A stretch of 64,000 nt of DNA from Spirochaetaceae bacterium (GTDB lineage: Bacteria; Spirochaetota; Spirochaetia; DSM-2461): contig OZ245056.1 of NCBI GenBank assembly GCA_965224705.1, positions 416,001-480,000 on the forward strand, read 5' to 3'. Under the pieces are notes generated by a model. That model was not told the DNA's origin and made no database searches. It worked only from the letters and a program-made list of their open reading frames with translations. Below, piece after piece: positions 1 through 11,214 of the stretch (positions within the stretch are counted from its first letter, which is position 1; each line of letters opens with the position of its first letter). The position numbers and the translations under genes are program-made.

Positions 1-1
1 A

Positions 2-1000
2 ATTCTAATCGGCCTGGGCATACCGGCATTGGTTTTCTTCTCCCTGCTGTATCTTTTGATCACCTTCCCTTTTATACGGCGGTGGTCAAAGAAAATTGAT
101 CACAATCTTCTTTCTCTGCCCGGAGTATGCAACGCAGGAGAAAACATCACTGTGGAAGCCGATCCGAAACGCCCGGTCTTTCTACCGGGTACCCGTCTGT
201 TTCTTCATTGGCGATTCAGTTTTGGACCGTTCAAGGAGAAGTTATTCATTCCCCTGCCGCCCAGAGGCAAGGGTCGGGGTCAATTGAAGTTTAGCCGCCG
301 CGGTCATTGGCTGGGCAGACCGTATTTCCATGCTGCCGATCCCTTTGGTTTTTTTGTATTTCGATGTGCAATTGATGTTCAGCGGAACATTACAGTCCCA
401 CCGAAACCTGTTGCTTTGACACGGGGTTTTCCGGCAGGGAAGAAGTCAACTGTATCGGCCGCAGCTCCCCGATTAAAAGACGATGCTGAGGAACGCCTGG
501 AAAGGCGTCAATACAATCCTGGAGATGATACACGGCGTCTGGACTGGAAGCATTATGCCCGAACCGGTGAATTCATGATAAGAATTGGTGAGGATGCAAT
601 CCAGACTCGGGGCAAAACATGGCTGCAGGTTGCCGCATCACGAAGCCGCTTCGTAAAAAAGCGGTACGGTCAACTTGATTCCTCCCTCAGTATGACGATG
701 GCTCTGGTTCATCTGCTCACCGAGGCAGGAGAGGTGTTAACACGATTTCCAGGAGAGGAGAAGTGGATCAATACCAATCACAAAAATTGGCTTGAATGCA
801 TATCCCGGGTTGAGCCTGGAAGCCTGCACACCCGGAACACGCCATCGGCAGGTGAATCCCTGTTCATAGTGTCCAGCTCAAAGGATATGGAAGGGTATCA
901 GTTTTATACCCAGGCCCGGCAGGCAGGATGTCAGTCTGTTTTCATAACATCGGATTCCAACTCCGTCCGCCGTCCATGGTGGTGGTTTTTTGAAGAGTAA
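2..1000 (+). CDS. DUF58 domain protein (5' end outside window)
   Basis: Motif LERRQYNPGDDTRRLDWKHYARTG typical of DUF58; frame open back to base 2; precedes a transglutaminase gene as in MoxR-DUF58-TGase operons. Confidence 0.8.
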   Translation: MLIGLGIPALVFFSLLYLLITFPFIRRWSKKIDHNLLSLPGVCNAGENITVEADPKRPVFLPGTRLFLHWRFSFGPFKEKLFIPLPPRGKGRGQLKFSRRGHWLGRPYFHAADPFGFFVFRCAIDVQRNITVPPKPVALTRGFPAGKKSTVSAAAPRLKDDAEERLERRQYNPGDDTRRLDWKHYARTGEFMIRIGEDAIQTRGKTWLQVAASRSRFVKKRYGQLDSSLSMTMALVHLLTEAGEVLTRFPGEEKWINTNHKNWLECISRVEPGSLHTRNTPSAGESLFIVSSSKDMEGYQFYTQARQAGCQSVFITSDSNSVRRPWWWFFEE

Positions 1001-3125
1001 TGAGATGGGAAAATTGATGGGCAATGTACCTCGTATTTTGCTGGGCGGCTGTGTATGGGTTCTTTATTGCGCTGGTCTGGATGACATTGTGCCCCCTGCA
1101 TGGATATGGGGTGCTTTTCCAATGGCTGTGCTGGCAGGTTGGCTGCTCAAAAGAATCAAGGTACGGCTTCTACCGGCCATAGCTCTGACGGTCCTGCTTC
1201 CCTGGATAATCCGGGGCATCATTTTTACGCTGGCCGTGATAACCCACAAAGACATTCAGGTGAGTTGGGACAGGGGCTGGCTGCTCACAGCACCCCTCTG
1301 GTACTTCCTTGCCATAAGTAACTATCTTGTACCAAAATTCCCTGTCTTTGCCTGTGTGGAAGCCCTGGTTGCTGCCATTACAGGCGGAATTCTTATTACT
1401 CTCTTTTTCAATGACTTTGGTGAACTCTCCTCCCTGCAGGTTGAGAGCTTCCGCTTATTGATCTCAAGCTTCCTGTTTCTTCTAACCCTGCTCTGTCTGT
1501 ACATAGCCTGCAGACGAATCCACAGAAAACCCGGAGGGACACTTCATCCGGCTGGTGTGATGTACTGGGGCAGTCTTATCCTGCTGATCAGTCTGATGAT
1601 TTTTCTCGGCAATTCAGTACGGCGGGAAGAGTCTGTCAGTGCCGGAGGAGGGTTACTTACAACCGACCTGTTTCGTTTTGACTTTGGAGATGTTCTTACT
1701 CTTGAGCCCAGAATTGAACTCAATGCAGAACTGTCCCTGCTTTACAGGGAAGATGGAAGACCACAAACCCGGTATCTCAGACGGTTTACACTGTCGGGTT
1801 GGAGCGGGGAAAAAGGTTTTTTCAGAGATCCTCCCATGGAAGTCGACTACCCTGGCGGTCCTTCCCTGCCCGCCAACCTGCCCGGAGGCCTGAGAACATG
1901 GGCTATTCCTGAGGCAAAACAGGCGAGCACAGTCAGGCAGGAGTACTATCTGGTTGCCCTGGATCCAGAATCATTCATCTCTCTTGGAAGTCCATTCCGT
2001 ATTGAGCCATGGACAATCTGGGATGATGCTTCATTCGTGCGGGCCTATGCGGCAGAGTCAATGGTTTCCCATGCCGGGAAATGGGAACTCTCCGATGCCC
2101 AATCCGACACCCTTCCCTCTGATTTCAAGGAATACTTTCTTAGAGGTGGTGATGAACCTGAGTTCAAGGAACTGGCCGCAACAATCATTGGTGATAAAAC
2201 CGGTGTTTGGGAAGGGGCCAATGCCATTGAGAACTGGCTTCTTGATAATTATTACTACTCCCTCATTCCTGGACTGGCTCCTGACGGGGATCAGTTATCC
2301 TGGTTTCTTTTTGAGTCCCGGAAGGGATATTGTTCCTACTTTGCCTTCGCCATGGCCAGGCTTTGCCGGTCAGTTGGTATTCCCGCCCGTGTTGTGGTGG
2401 GATTCTTCACCAGACCCCAGACTTCCACATTGGGTTTCACACCGGTATTCTCAGATTCTGCCCATGCGTGGGTGGAAGTCTGGATAGAAGAATATGGCTG
2501 GATAAGCTTTGATCCGACCTCAAATACAATGGCACCTGGTGAGGATTATCCGATGCGTTTCACCTCTCCCGATGAGTGGCTGCCCCTTGTTGAGGAGATA
2601 TTGACCCGAAGAGGTGAAGTAAGTGCTGCCATTGAAGAATTGACGGAGGATGCCGGATTTGAATCAAAGTGGTGGCAGGATCTATTCATTGAGATGAGGG
2701 AAAAGCCGTCCGTAATCGGCATAATCATTCTTCTACTCATTGTACTCCTTTACCTGCCTGGCCGGATAATTCCCGGTATTTCGAACATTATCAGTGAACA
2801 TTCAAGGTCTCCCGAACGGTCAGCCAGGGGACAGTGGCAGCGTTTTTCACGGCATTTGATACGCAGCGGATGGCATGCAAAAGAGGGGGAGACAATTCTG
2901 GAGTGGGCTGAAAGAATCGATTCTGTGGAAGGTTTCTCTTCCTGGACAAGACTGTATCTCAAGGCAGAATTCTCTCCAGTCTTTGAAGAACAGGATAAAA
3001 CAGCCGCAGATATGCTTGCCGGAAAGGCATGGAGATCATTGAAAAAAACAAGCTTGAGACGCCGCATCAAAGCATGTCTGTCACCGGGGTGGTCAACAAA
3101 ATCACAATGGAGATCTCACAGGTGA
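990..3125 (+). CDS. Membrane-anchored transglutaminase-like (TgpA-type) protein
   Basis: Several N-terminal TM segments; triad motifs GYCSYFA...GIPARVVVGF...HAWVEV...FDPT; true start may be ATG 1005 or 1017. Confidence 0.85.
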   Translation: MKSNEMGKLMGNVPRILLGGCVWVLYCAGLDDIVPPAWIWGAFPMAVLAGWLLKRIKVRLLPAIALTVLLPWIIRGIIFTLAVITHKDIQVSWDRGWLLTAPLWYFLAISNYLVPKFPVFACVEALVAAITGGILITLFFNDFGELSSLQVESFRLLISSFLFLLTLLCLYIACRRIHRKPGGTLHPAGVMYWGSLILLISLMIFLGNSVRREESVSAGGGLLTTDLFRFDFGDVLTLEPRIELNAELSLLYREDGRPQTRYLRRFTLSGWSGEKGFFRDPPMEVDYPGGPSLPANLPGGLRTWAIPEAKQASTVRQEYYLVALDPESFISLGSPFRIEPWTIWDDASFVRAYAAESMVSHAGKWELSDAQSDTLPSDFKEYFLRGGDEPEFKELAATIIGDKTGVWEGANAIENWLLDNYYYSLIPGLAPDGDQLSWFLFESRKGYCSYFAFAMARLCRSVGIPARVVVGFFTRPQTSTLGFTPVFSDSAHAWVEVWIEEYGWISFDPTSNTMAPGEDYPMRFTSPDEWLPLVEEILTRRGEVSAAIEELTEDAGFESKWWQDLFIEMREKPSVIGIIILLLIVLLYLPGRIIPGISNIISEHSRSPERSARGQWQRFSRHLIRSGWHAKEGETILEWAERIDSVEGFSSWTRLYLKAEFSPVFEEQDKTAADMLAGKAWRSLKKTSLRRRIKACLSPGWSTKSQWRSHR

Positions 3126-4867
3126 AGCAGCTCATATTCGTTATACTCATAACCCTGCTGTCACTGTTCATCCATGCTGATGAGGTTGACAGTCTCATAG
3201 ACAGAGTGGACATTGCTGTTGCAGAAAACAGGTACACTCAGGCGATCACACTTCTGGAGGAAGGGAAGGTATCCTGGCCCCGGGATACAAGAATCCTGAT
3301 TCGAGCCGGCAAGCTGTATCTTGAGCAAAAACTCTACCATCTTGCACTGGCCGAATTTTTGAAGGCCGGTCAATTCAAACCGAATAACCCCTATATTCTG
3401 TTCGACATCGCCAGGGCCTACAGCTATCTTGGAAGTTACAATACGGCTGTTGATACTCTTGAAGAAGCCCTGGACATAGTGGAAGAAGGGGCACTCCGGA
3501 TATCTATAATTGACGATCTCAGCTGGATGTATTTTAAAACTCATCGAATGGATGAAGGGATTGTTCTTCTTGAGAATGCTCTTCAGGAGCAATACAACCG
3601 GGGTTGGGCCCATACTCTGGGAACCCTGTACTCAGGTATATATAATGCTGACCTTGCCCGTGAATGGTATTTGAATTCCATTGAGGATGCCCTCAACGCA
3701 GGGGACGAGTTTTTCGCCTCTGTTGCTTTTTATAATTTATCCATACTCGAACAAACTTTTTACCAATATGACAAAGCACGAGAATACGCCAGTCGATCTC
3801 TGGAACTCCGTGAGCGGACAAATGGATACATTATTACAGGCGAGTTGGAATTCATGTCCTGGAACCTGCCAGATTCCATCAAGGCGTACAGGACAGCGGA
3901 AAGCATGGATGAAACACCTCTTTCCCGTGTCAACATTGCGTATTTCAGCAGACGGATTGGCCGTTTAGACGAAGCGGTGCGGTTTATAAATGACGTTCTG
4001 GCGGAAGATGATGAGTCCTGGATGTATTCCTATGGAATTAACACCCAGCGTTTCAATATGGATCTCAACGAAATTCTGGCTGCCGCATGGAATGGAAAGG
4101 CAAAAACAGAAGCCCTCACTCCTCAAGGAAGCATGGGGGGGCATGTACGTCGATTTATCCGTTCCCTTATATGGAATATCCGGGGAATTTACCATGATAT
4201 GAAATACCGTGCCCTATCGAGTCAATATGTATCGGAACTCACCGCTGAGGGAAATATCCTTGATTCAGAATGGTATGCATACCGCTTGAATCAGGGTTAT
4301 AGCCGATCAGCAATGAGGCATCTGGACAACGCACGGGCTCTTGAAACAGCATTAACCGTCCATGCAGTCCCATGGTATCTGCTGGAATCTGGAAGGGAAA
4401 AAGGTAATCGAACGGACATAAATCTGGCACTGAATTCCTTTCAATCCGATGAACAGGAACCTGTTGAACGTTCGCTGCGAACACTTGCAGAAATAACTTC
4501 CAGAAGCAGAGATACGGGATCGAATAAAACTCTTGCCGATTTGTACGCAATCAATCCAGGCGGACTCCGACAGTATGGATTGTCTCTGCCTGTTCATATC
4601 GTTATTCCCGGAGAAAAGCTGCCGCTGCTCAAAAGAAGAATCATCAGAATTCTGCGCTCGGCCGGATATAGAATTGCAGGAAAGAAAGAGAGTTTAACCT
4701 CAACCCTGACCATCAATATGCGCAGCGAAGAGCTTTACTGGTATCTATCAGGTCCTGAGGGAAAAACAATCAGCGAGGCTCGTACCGGTATAATCAAAAA
4801 ATCCCGGGATGCAGCGGAGGTATTGGCTGGACTTCTGGATCGTTTCTATTATACAAAAGTGGATTAA
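3122..4867 (+). CDS. Exported tetratricopeptide repeat protein
   Basis: GTG at 3122 after GGAG, GTGA overlap with upstream stop, signal peptide MKQLIFVILITLLSLFIHA; multiple TPR-like helical repeats. Confidence 0.75.
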   Translation: MKQLIFVILITLLSLFIHADEVDSLIDRVDIAVAENRYTQAITLLEEGKVSWPRDTRILIRAGKLYLEQKLYHLALAEFLKAGQFKPNNPYILFDIARAYSYLGSYNTAVDTLEEALDIVEEGALRISIIDDLSWMYFKTHRMDEGIVLLENALQEQYNRGWAHTLGTLYSGIYNADLAREWYLNSIEDALNAGDEFFASVAFYNLSILEQTFYQYDKAREYASRSLELRERTNGYIITGELEFMSWNLPDSIKAYRTAESMDETPLSRVNIAYFSRRIGRLDEAVRFINDVLAEDDESWMYSYGINTQRFNMDLNEILAAAWNGKAKTEALTPQGSMGGHVRRFIRSLIWNIRGIYHDMKYRALSSQYVSELTAEGNILDSEWYAYRLNQGYSRSAMRHLDNARALETALTVHAVPWYLLESGREKGNRTDINLALNSFQSDEQEPVERSLRTLAEITSRSRDTGSNKTLADLYAINPGGLRQYGLSLPVHIVIPGEKLPLLKRRIIRILRSAGYRIAGKKESLTSTLTINMRSEELYWYLSGPEGKTISEARTGIIKKSRDAAEVLAGLLDRFYYTKVD

Positions 4868-7311
4868 AGGGAATTCTCAGGAAATTTATCTTCCCCAAAA
4901 AGGTCAATCAGTGCTTCATCAAGTTTATCATGAAAGATAAACGATATACCGATTTTAACTTCCGCAGTCATCTCATCAATATCCCTCTTATTACCTGAAG
5001 GTAAGATGACAGATGTAAAGCCGCGGCGCTTGGCCGCAAGAATTTTCTCTTTCACACCGCCGATGGGAAGAATCCGATTGGTGAGGGTCACTTCCCCTGT
5101 CATCGCAATCTTTCTTCCTGGTGGTATCTGGAGAGCGGCTGAAAGTATTGCAGCAGTCAGTGCAATTCCTGCAGAGGGACCATCAACAGGGATTGCTCCC
5201 TGAGGGACGTGGACATGAATAGTTTTATCCCTGTCAAAATCAGATTTGAGTCCGAATTTATTCTTGTGGGCTCTCAGGAAGGAAAGTGCTATCTGAGCAC
5301 TTTCCTTCATTACATCCCCCAATTGTCCTGTCAGTATGAGCTTCTCATCCCCATCAAATATCAGTGCTTCTACTGGCAGAACACCGCCACCTCCTCCATC
5401 ATAGTATAAACCGGATGCCAATCCAGGACGTTCTGCAATTCCAGGATCATCTTCAAGCCGTTCCTTACCCAGATATTCCCTGATGAGTTCAGGGGTGATA
5501 TCCAGTTTGAATCCTGCAGTTGAAGGCTTCCTGGATTTCGGTGAATTGTATATGGCGGAATGAGTCTGATTAAGATGCAGTGCAGCACTGTTTATCTTCC
5601 ACTGCCCGGGACGAGTTTGTCCATCATGTATGAGTTTTCTGACGACCTTGCGTATCACCTGTCTGATGGAACGTTCCATATTACGTACACCTGCTTCCTG
5701 TGTGTAACCTCGAATCAGAAAATCCAATGACTGTTCCTGAAAACAGATGCTGTCATTGTCCATTTTATTATTTTCAATGTGTTTTGGAATAATAAATTGC
5801 ATTGCTATCTTCTTCTTCTCCAGAATTGTATAGCCAGGGAGTCTGATCACTTCCATTCTGTCTCGCAAGGGGTGAGGTATGCCTTCAAGACTGTTCGCAG
5901 TAGCGATGAATAACACCTCTGAAAGATTGAATGGAAGTTCCATGTAGTGATCTGTGAAACTGTAGTTTTGTTCAGGATCCAGCACTTCCAGAAGAGCAGA
6001 TGAGGGATCTCGTCTGTAATCATGAGAAATCTTGTCGACTTCATCCAGTAGAAATACAGGATTAATGGACCCCGCACGCTTCAAGGCTTGAATTATTTTC
6101 CCGGGAAGGGCTCCAACATAAGTCTTTCGATGTCCTCTAATCTCAGCTTCATCATTGATTCCTCCCAGGGAAATACGCACGAAATTTCGTCCGAGAGCAT
6201 GGGCAACAGAACTTCCGAGAGAGGTTTTGCCCGTCCCTGGGGGCCCAATAAGACATAGGATGGGACTCTTTAACCTGTTATTCATTTGTTTTGTGGCAAT
6301 GAAATCCAGAATGTGTTCTTTTGGTTCATCCAGTCCGAAATGCTCTGAATCCAGTATTCTTGCAGCTTCACTTAGATTGTTCTGATCAGAAGTCCTCCGA
6401 TCCCATGGAAGATCGATTATCCATTCCAGATAGGTTCTTAAAACACTGTATTCGGGATTGACAGACTGTATTCTTGAGAGACGGCTGAATTCTGTCCGGG
6501 CTTTATTCTCTGCTTCATCGGGAAGATCCATTTTAAGAAGTTTTTTTTCAAGCTCTGCCAGGCCTGTGGGATCATTGCCAAGTTCCTTGTGAATTTCTTT
6601 CAACTGTTCCTTTAGAAAGAAATTTTTCTGAGAACGTTCCATGTTTTTATTAACACGGTTGTTGATTTTTTTCTTCAATCTGAAAGATTCCATCTCTACC
6701 TGCAGTATAAGACACAATTCTTCCAGACGTTTTCTGTCATTTTTCTCCTGCAGAAAACTGACGGAGATTTCTGGAGGGACTTTCAGCTCATCACATACAA
6801 GACTGATAACAGCATCTATACTCTGATTTTCTGCAAGCTTAATAATAGTTTTACTTCGGGAAGCATCCTCATACAGATAGAGATACGATTTGAACTTTTC
6901 GACTGTTAACAGATACAGTGCTTCCAGTTCAGCATTGGGAATTTCTTCCAATCTTGTGAGATGAACCCATGGTGTATTGTTTCTATAGCGAATTTTTTTT
7001 ATCTCAGCCCTGTGACAACCTTCAAGGAACACCTGTACTTCCTCATTTTTGTCACGAACCGGGCCAACAAGAGCAATTGTACCGATTGGATATATATCTT
7101 TCGGGAAGGGATTTCTAATAGATGGATTGTGAAATCCAAGAAAGATTTCATCATCAGTATTTTTTGCCTCATTGATAGAACGAATGGAATCAGGGCTGTT
7201 GAATTTCATGGTTGTATTATTGCGAGGCAATACAATTTTATTGTTCAGAGGCAGAAGTGGAAGTATTCTTTCCGAATCAGGCTGTGATTTGCTTAACCTC
7301 ATCCAGTTCAT
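4864..7311 (-). CDS. lon: ATP-dependent protease La (Lon)
   Basis: Walker [10 protein letters not shown], Walker B LLDEVDK, catalytic DGPSAG and GGVKEK; follows clpX; start approximate (7302-7314). Confidence 0.95.
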   Translation of the reverse strand: MNWMRLSKSQPDSERILPLLPLNNKIVLPRNNTTMKFNSPDSIRSINEAKNTDDEIFLGFHNPSIRNPFPKDIYPIGTIALVGPVRDKNEEVQVFLEGCHRAEIKKIRYRNNTPWVHLTRLEEIPNAELEALYLLTVEKFKSYLYLYEDASRSKTIIKLAENQSIDAVISLVCDELKVPPEISVSFLQEKNDRKRLEELCLILQVEMESFRLKKKINNRVNKNMERSQKNFFLKEQLKEIHKELGNDPTGLAELEKKLLKMDLPDEAENKARTEFSRLSRIQSVNPEYSVLRTYLEWIIDLPWDRRTSDQNNLSEAARILDSEHFGLDEPKEHILDFIATKQMNNRLKSPILCLIGPPGTGKTSLGSSVAHALGRNFVRISLGGINDEAEIRGHRKTYVGALPGKIIQALKRAGSINPVFLLDEVDKISHDYRRDPSSALLEVLDPEQNYSFTDHYMELPFNLSEVLFIATANSLEGIPHPLRDRMEVIRLPGYTILEKKKIAMQFIIPKHIENNKMDNDSICFQEQSLDFLIRGYTQEAGVRNMERSIRQVIRKVVRKLIHDGQTRPGQWKINSAALHLNQTHSAIYNSPKSRKPSTAGFKLDITPELIREYLGKERLEDDPGIAERPGLASGLYYDGGGGGVLPVEALIFDGDEKLILTGQLGDVMKESAQIALSFLRAHKNKFGLKSDFDRDKTIHVHVPQGAIPVDGPSAGIALTAAILSAALQIPPGRKIAMTGEVTLTNRILPIGGVKEKILAAKRRGFTSVILPSGNKRDIDEMTAEVKIGISFIFHDKLDEALIDLFGEDKFPENSL

Positions 7312-8560
7312 CACTATCGTCGTATTCTCCAATTTTAATGATCTCTGGTTTGACTTTGTCCTCAATAACTTCTTGACTGATAAGAATTCTCTTTCTTCCT
7401 GTGATGGAAGGAACTTCATACATCACATCAATCATGGCGGATTCAACAATGGCCCGAATTCCTCTGGCACCTGTTTTCCTTTTAATGGCCTGCCTGGCAA
7501 TTGCACTGACGGCTTCCGGGCTGAATTCCAGTTCAACGTCATCCATTTCCAGGGATACCGTATACTGTTTCACTATCGCATTTCTTGGTTCAGTGACAAT
7601 CTGCTTCAACTCTTCTTCGGTGAGATCATCCAGGGCAACCTGTATTGGCAAACGTCCAATAAACTCTGGAATAAGGCCAAATCTTATAAGATCATCGGGA
7701 AGAATCTGACCGAAGAGTTCGCTCAAATTCTTCTCTTTATTCTTCCTGGCATCAACTCCAAATCCCAATGGATGTTCGGAAATGCGTGAAAGCACGATCT
7801 TATCCAATCCAACGAATGCACCGCCGAATATAAAAAGAATGTTGGAAGTGTCGATCTTCAGCATTTCCTGGTTTGGATGCTTCCTGCCGCCCTGGGGAGG
7901 GACCGAAGCAATTGTTCCTTCAATTATTTTCAGTAAAGCCTGCTGGACGCCTTCCCCTGAAACATCCCGTGTGATGGAAACGTTTTCCCCCTTATGTGCA
8001 ATTTTATCAATTTCATCAATATAGATAATGCCGCGTTCAGCGGCAGGAATACTGTTCCCGGCGGTTTGTATCAGTTTCAGCAGAATGTTTTCAACATCTT
8101 CACCCACATAGCCAGCTTCAGTAAGGGTTGTTGCGTCAGCAATGGCAAATGGGACCTTGAGTTTCTGTGCCAGTGTTTTTGCCAGAAGAGTCTTCCCGGA
8201 ACCCGTGGGGCCAAGCAAAAGAACATTGGACTTCTCTAAATCGACCTCTTCCTGATTAATTCTGTCCTTGTGCATGATTCGCTTGTAATGATTATAAACT
8301 GCAACAGACAAAACTTTCTTAGCCACTTCCTGGCCAATAACATACTGATCAAGGTATTCTTTAATCTCCTTGGGGACAGGTAGATCTTCAATGAATTCGG
8401 CTGTAATGCTTTCGTTTTCTTCGGCAATAATGTTCTCACAAACTTCAATGCATTCATCGCAAATATAGACACCTGGCCCGGCAATGAGTTTCTTGGCCAT
8501 TTCTCCGGTTTTACCGCAAAAGGAACAAACTTTTATGTCTTTATTCTTTGTTTTTGCCAT
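7277..8560 (-). CDS. clpX: Clp protease ATP-binding subunit ClpX
   Basis: C4 zinc finger CSFCGK...[27 protein letters not shown] loop. Confidence 0.97.
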   Translation of the reverse strand: MAKTKNKDIKVCSFCGKTGEMAKKLIAGPGVYICDECIEVCENIIAEENESITAEFIEDLPVPKEIKEYLDQYVIGQEVAKKVLSVAVYNHYKRIMHKDRINQEEVDLEKSNVLLLGPTGSGKTLLAKTLAQKLKVPFAIADATTLTEAGYVGEDVENILLKLIQTAGNSIPAAERGIIYIDEIDKIAHKGENVSITRDVSGEGVQQALLKIIEGTIASVPPQGGRKHPNQEMLKIDTSNILFIFGGAFVGLDKIVLSRISEHPLGFGVDARKNKEKNLSELFGQILPDDLIRFGLIPEFIGRLPIQVALDDLTEEELKQIVTEPRNAIVKQYTVSLEMDDVELEFSPEAVSAIARQAIKRKTGARGIRAIVESAMIDVMYEVPSITGRKRILISQEVIEDKVKPEIIKIGEYDDSDELDEVKQITA

Positions 8561-9155
8561 CTTCTGATTTCTCCAATATACTGTCTACTATTCCATATTT
8601 GACGGCTTCTGCCGCAGACATGTAAAAATCGCGTTCCAGATCCTTTGAGATCGTCTTCTCATCCTTATCCGTGTCTTCCGCAAGGTACTTAACAAGCAAT
8701 TTCTTCAGCCGCAAGATTTCACGAGCCTGTATTCCAATGTCTACAGCCTGTCCCTGAACACCACCCCAGGGCTGGTGGATCAGAATCCGTGAAGAAGGCA
8801 GTGCCAGCCTTTTGCCCTGTGTGCCGCCAGCCAGCAGGATTGCGCCCATGGAAGCGGCCTGTCCCATACAGATTGTTTGTACATCAGCATTAATATGACG
8901 CATCGTATCATAAACAGCTAAACCGGCTGTAACCGAACCACCGGGGCTGTTAATATAAAAGCAGATATCCTTGTCGGGATCCTGGGATTCCAGATAGAGC
9001 ATCTGTGCAACTATATGATCGGCATCAATATCTCTTATTTCTCCTCCAAGAAATATTATCCTCTCCTGGAGGAGCTTTGACCATATATCATATCGTGTTT
9101 CACCGATCCCGGTTTTCTCAATGACGAATGGGTTGTATGCGGCCTGGGTATCCAT
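8541..9155 (-). CDS. clpP: Clp protease proteolytic subunit ClpP
   Basis: [25 protein letters not shown]; tig-clpP-clpX order. Confidence 0.97.
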   Translation of the reverse strand: MDTQAAYNPFVIEKTGIGETRYDIWSKLLQERIIFLGGEIRDIDADHIVAQMLYLESQDPDKDICFYINSPGGSVTAGLAVYDTMRHINADVQTICMGQAASMGAILLAGGTQGKRLALPSSRILIHQPWGGVQGQAVDIGIQAREILRLKKLLVKYLAEDTDKDEKTISKDLERDFYMSAAEAVKYGIVDSILEKSEDGKNKE

Positions 9156-9166
9156 TATTTATCTCC

Positions 9167-10504
9167 TTAACTGGATAGCAATTCTGAATAATCAATCTTG
9201 CCATCCTTAACAACAGTAGATTCTGTTAAAAGGAATTCAATCAACTTCCTGGTTATCAGCTGTTTTTTAAGATACTCTTCAATCTGCTTATTGCCAATCT
9301 TTTTTTTATATTCTTCCACATCAATTTTCATATTGTCTGCTTCCTGCTTAATCGCATCCAGCAATTCCTCATCATTTACATCCAATTTCTCTAATTCAAT
9401 GATTCTTCCATAGATCAGCCGAACCTTGACAGAGTCTATGGCATCTTCCCGCCATTGGCTCGTGAATTCAGCCTTGCTCCGGCCATTCTTTTCTAAATAC
9501 TTGAGAAATTCCTCTTCTGATAAATCTGTTTGTCTGATGTATTCATTCCAGGTGTTCTCAATTTCAGATTCAATCATGGATTCGGGTAATGAAATGGCAG
9601 AACTATCAATGAGTTGTTTCCTGATAGCCATAATTTTCTTTGAGCGAATCATTTCATCCGCATTTTTTTTAAGATTTGACTTCACTCTATTCTTAAGATC
9701 CGCAAGGGTGTGGAGGTCGTCTGAAACATCCTGGGCCAACTCGTCATCCAGATCAGGTAATTGTCGTCTTTTAACAGCATTTATCTTAACCTTAAGCTTC
9801 ACTGTACGGCCAGCCAGATCTGGAGGAGCTTCATTGGTGAAGGTTTTGGTTATAATTTTTTCCTCACCAGTTTTCAGCCCCGTTATATCATCCTCAATGC
9901 CATACGGATGACTATGATTGTTCATTGTGAATGCAAAACCACTGCGTTCACTGTCTTTCAACAACTCATCATTCTCCCCTAATTCAGCAAAATCCATGGT
10001 GACATTCGAATCATCCTCTATGATGCCATCTTCTTTCTCAACAAATACTGAATTGTAAAGTCTGATCTTTTCCAATTCCATATCCACGTGTTTTTTTAGA
10101 ATGCTTACTTCTGGTGCTTCGACTGTCAGGCCTTTATAATCACCCAGGGTAATTTCCGGGAAAACATCAAAGACGATGAAGAATTTATATGAATCTCCAG
10201 GATTCATTGCCTGAAACTCTGTTAAATGAGGTAAAGAGAGAGGATTTTCCTCAACTTCTTTCAATGCCTGTTCTGAGGCATCTTTGATAAGATTGGAAGT
10301 TGCCTCCTCTTTCATACCTGCGGCAAATTTCCGAACAAGCAGTGACCTTGGGACCTTCCCTTTACGAAAGCCGGGAATCTGTGCCTGCTTTTCAAATTTC
10401 TCCACTACCTTATTATAGTAACTTTGCGTTGCATCCCCTGATACTTCAATCGTGAGTCTGGCGGCTGAATTCTCAATCTTTTCAATTTGTTTGTCTGTGA
10501 TCAT
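9167..10504 (-). CDS. tig: Trigger factor
   Basis: Ribosome-binding motif IPGFRKGKVP; ATG at 10504 with GAGG RBS (the ORF-track extension overlaps a tRNA). Confidence 0.93.
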   Translation of the reverse strand: MITDKQIEKIENSAARLTIEVSGDATQSYYNKVVEKFEKQAQIPGFRKGKVPRSLLVRKFAAGMKEEATSNLIKDASEQALKEVEENPLSLPHLTEFQAMNPGDSYKFFIVFDVFPEITLGDYKGLTVEAPEVSILKKHVDMELEKIRLYNSVFVEKEDGIIEDDSNVTMDFAELGENDELLKDSERSGFAFTMNNHSHPYGIEDDITGLKTGEEKIITKTFTNEAPPDLAGRTVKLKVKINAVKRRQLPDLDDELAQDVSDDLHTLADLKNRVKSNLKKNADEMIRSKKIMAIRKQLIDSSAISLPESMIESEIENTWNEYIRQTDLSEEEFLKYLEKNGRSKAEFTSQWREDAIDSVKVRLIYGRIIELEKLDVNDEELLDAIKQEADNMKIDVEEYKKKIGNKQIEEYLKKQLITRKLIEFLLTESTVVKDGKIDYSELLSS

Positions 10505-10525
10505 AATATCCTCTATAGCTGCTAA

Positions 10526-10605
10526 TGCGAGAGAAGGGACTTGAACCCTTACGCCGAAGCACCGGCTCCTAAAACCGGCGTGTCTACCATTTCCACCACT
10601 CTCGC
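10526..10605 (-). tRNA. tRNA-Leu (anticodon TAG)
   Basis: GCGAGAG/CTCTCGC acceptor stem, anticodon arm CCGGT-TTTAGGA-GCCGG, long variable arm, GGTTCAAGTCC T-loop; CCA not encoded. Confidence 0.95.
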
Positions 10606-10740
10606 CTGAGATAGGGGCCCCGCAAAAACTCATCCCGGTTCTGTCGGATCGTTCCGCCACACTTCAGCGATGAATCTCATCGCCGGTTTTTGGGGGTGTG
10701 TTTGGGAGGTCCCGTAAATAACTACCCTGGCGGTAAGTAC

Positions 10741-10768
10741 AAAAAGGCGGCATCCAGCCGCCCTTTTT
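10741..10768 (-). terminator. Intrinsic terminator after tRNA-Lys (possibly bidirectional)
   Basis: AAAAAGGCGG-catccag-CCGCC-CTTTTT hairpin with T tracts on both strands. Confidence 0.75.
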
Positions 10769-10771
10769 CAG

Positions 10772-10844
10772 TGAGCCGTAAAGGGATCGAACCTTTGACC
10801 CGCAGATTAAGAGTCTGCTGCTCTACCAGCTGAGCTAACGGCCC
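10772..10844 (-). tRNA. tRNA-Lys (anticodon CTT)
   Basis: GGGCCGT..ACGGCTC acceptor stem, AGCTCAGCTGGTAGAGC D arm, GCAGA-CTCTTAA-TCTGC anticodon arm, GGTTCGATCC. Confidence 0.96.
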
Positions 10845-11214
10845 ATATCATTTTCAATGCAGTCTAGTGAATTCCCTTCAACATGTCCAGCGGTACTGCA
10901 TGATTCCATGGCGGGTGAAGGAGGCCCGGAAGAAGAAGGACACAACTCATGCCCAGAAGGCCGGGATCACCAGGAAGAAACTTCGCAGGGCAGTGAGCAG
11001 ATACTGGTTGAAAGGGGTTTTACAGGCTTTCTGACACCGGGTAAGTCTTCCTCTGAGGCAGGACAGGACCATGATGCAGAAAGATCGGACTACATCCATA
11101 CAACGGAATACAATCAACCGCTGCTTTTCCTCTTCCCCTGTTGGCAAAGCATACAATACGTCCTAAAGTGTTGGATCATATTGTAATTCATGCATGAAAA
11201 CAGGAGGAATGACA

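Noticed and set aside
7312..7419. Extended Lon start
   Set aside because: Would overlap clpX by more than 140 bp; nearer starts exist.
10505..10660. N-terminal extension of tig in the ORF track
   Set aside because: It runs through tRNA-Leu; ATG 10504 has an RBS and gives a normal length.
10857..11186. 109-aa plus-strand ORF, and likewise 56502-56837 on the minus strand
   Set aside because: No RBS or recognisable motif; not supportable as genes.
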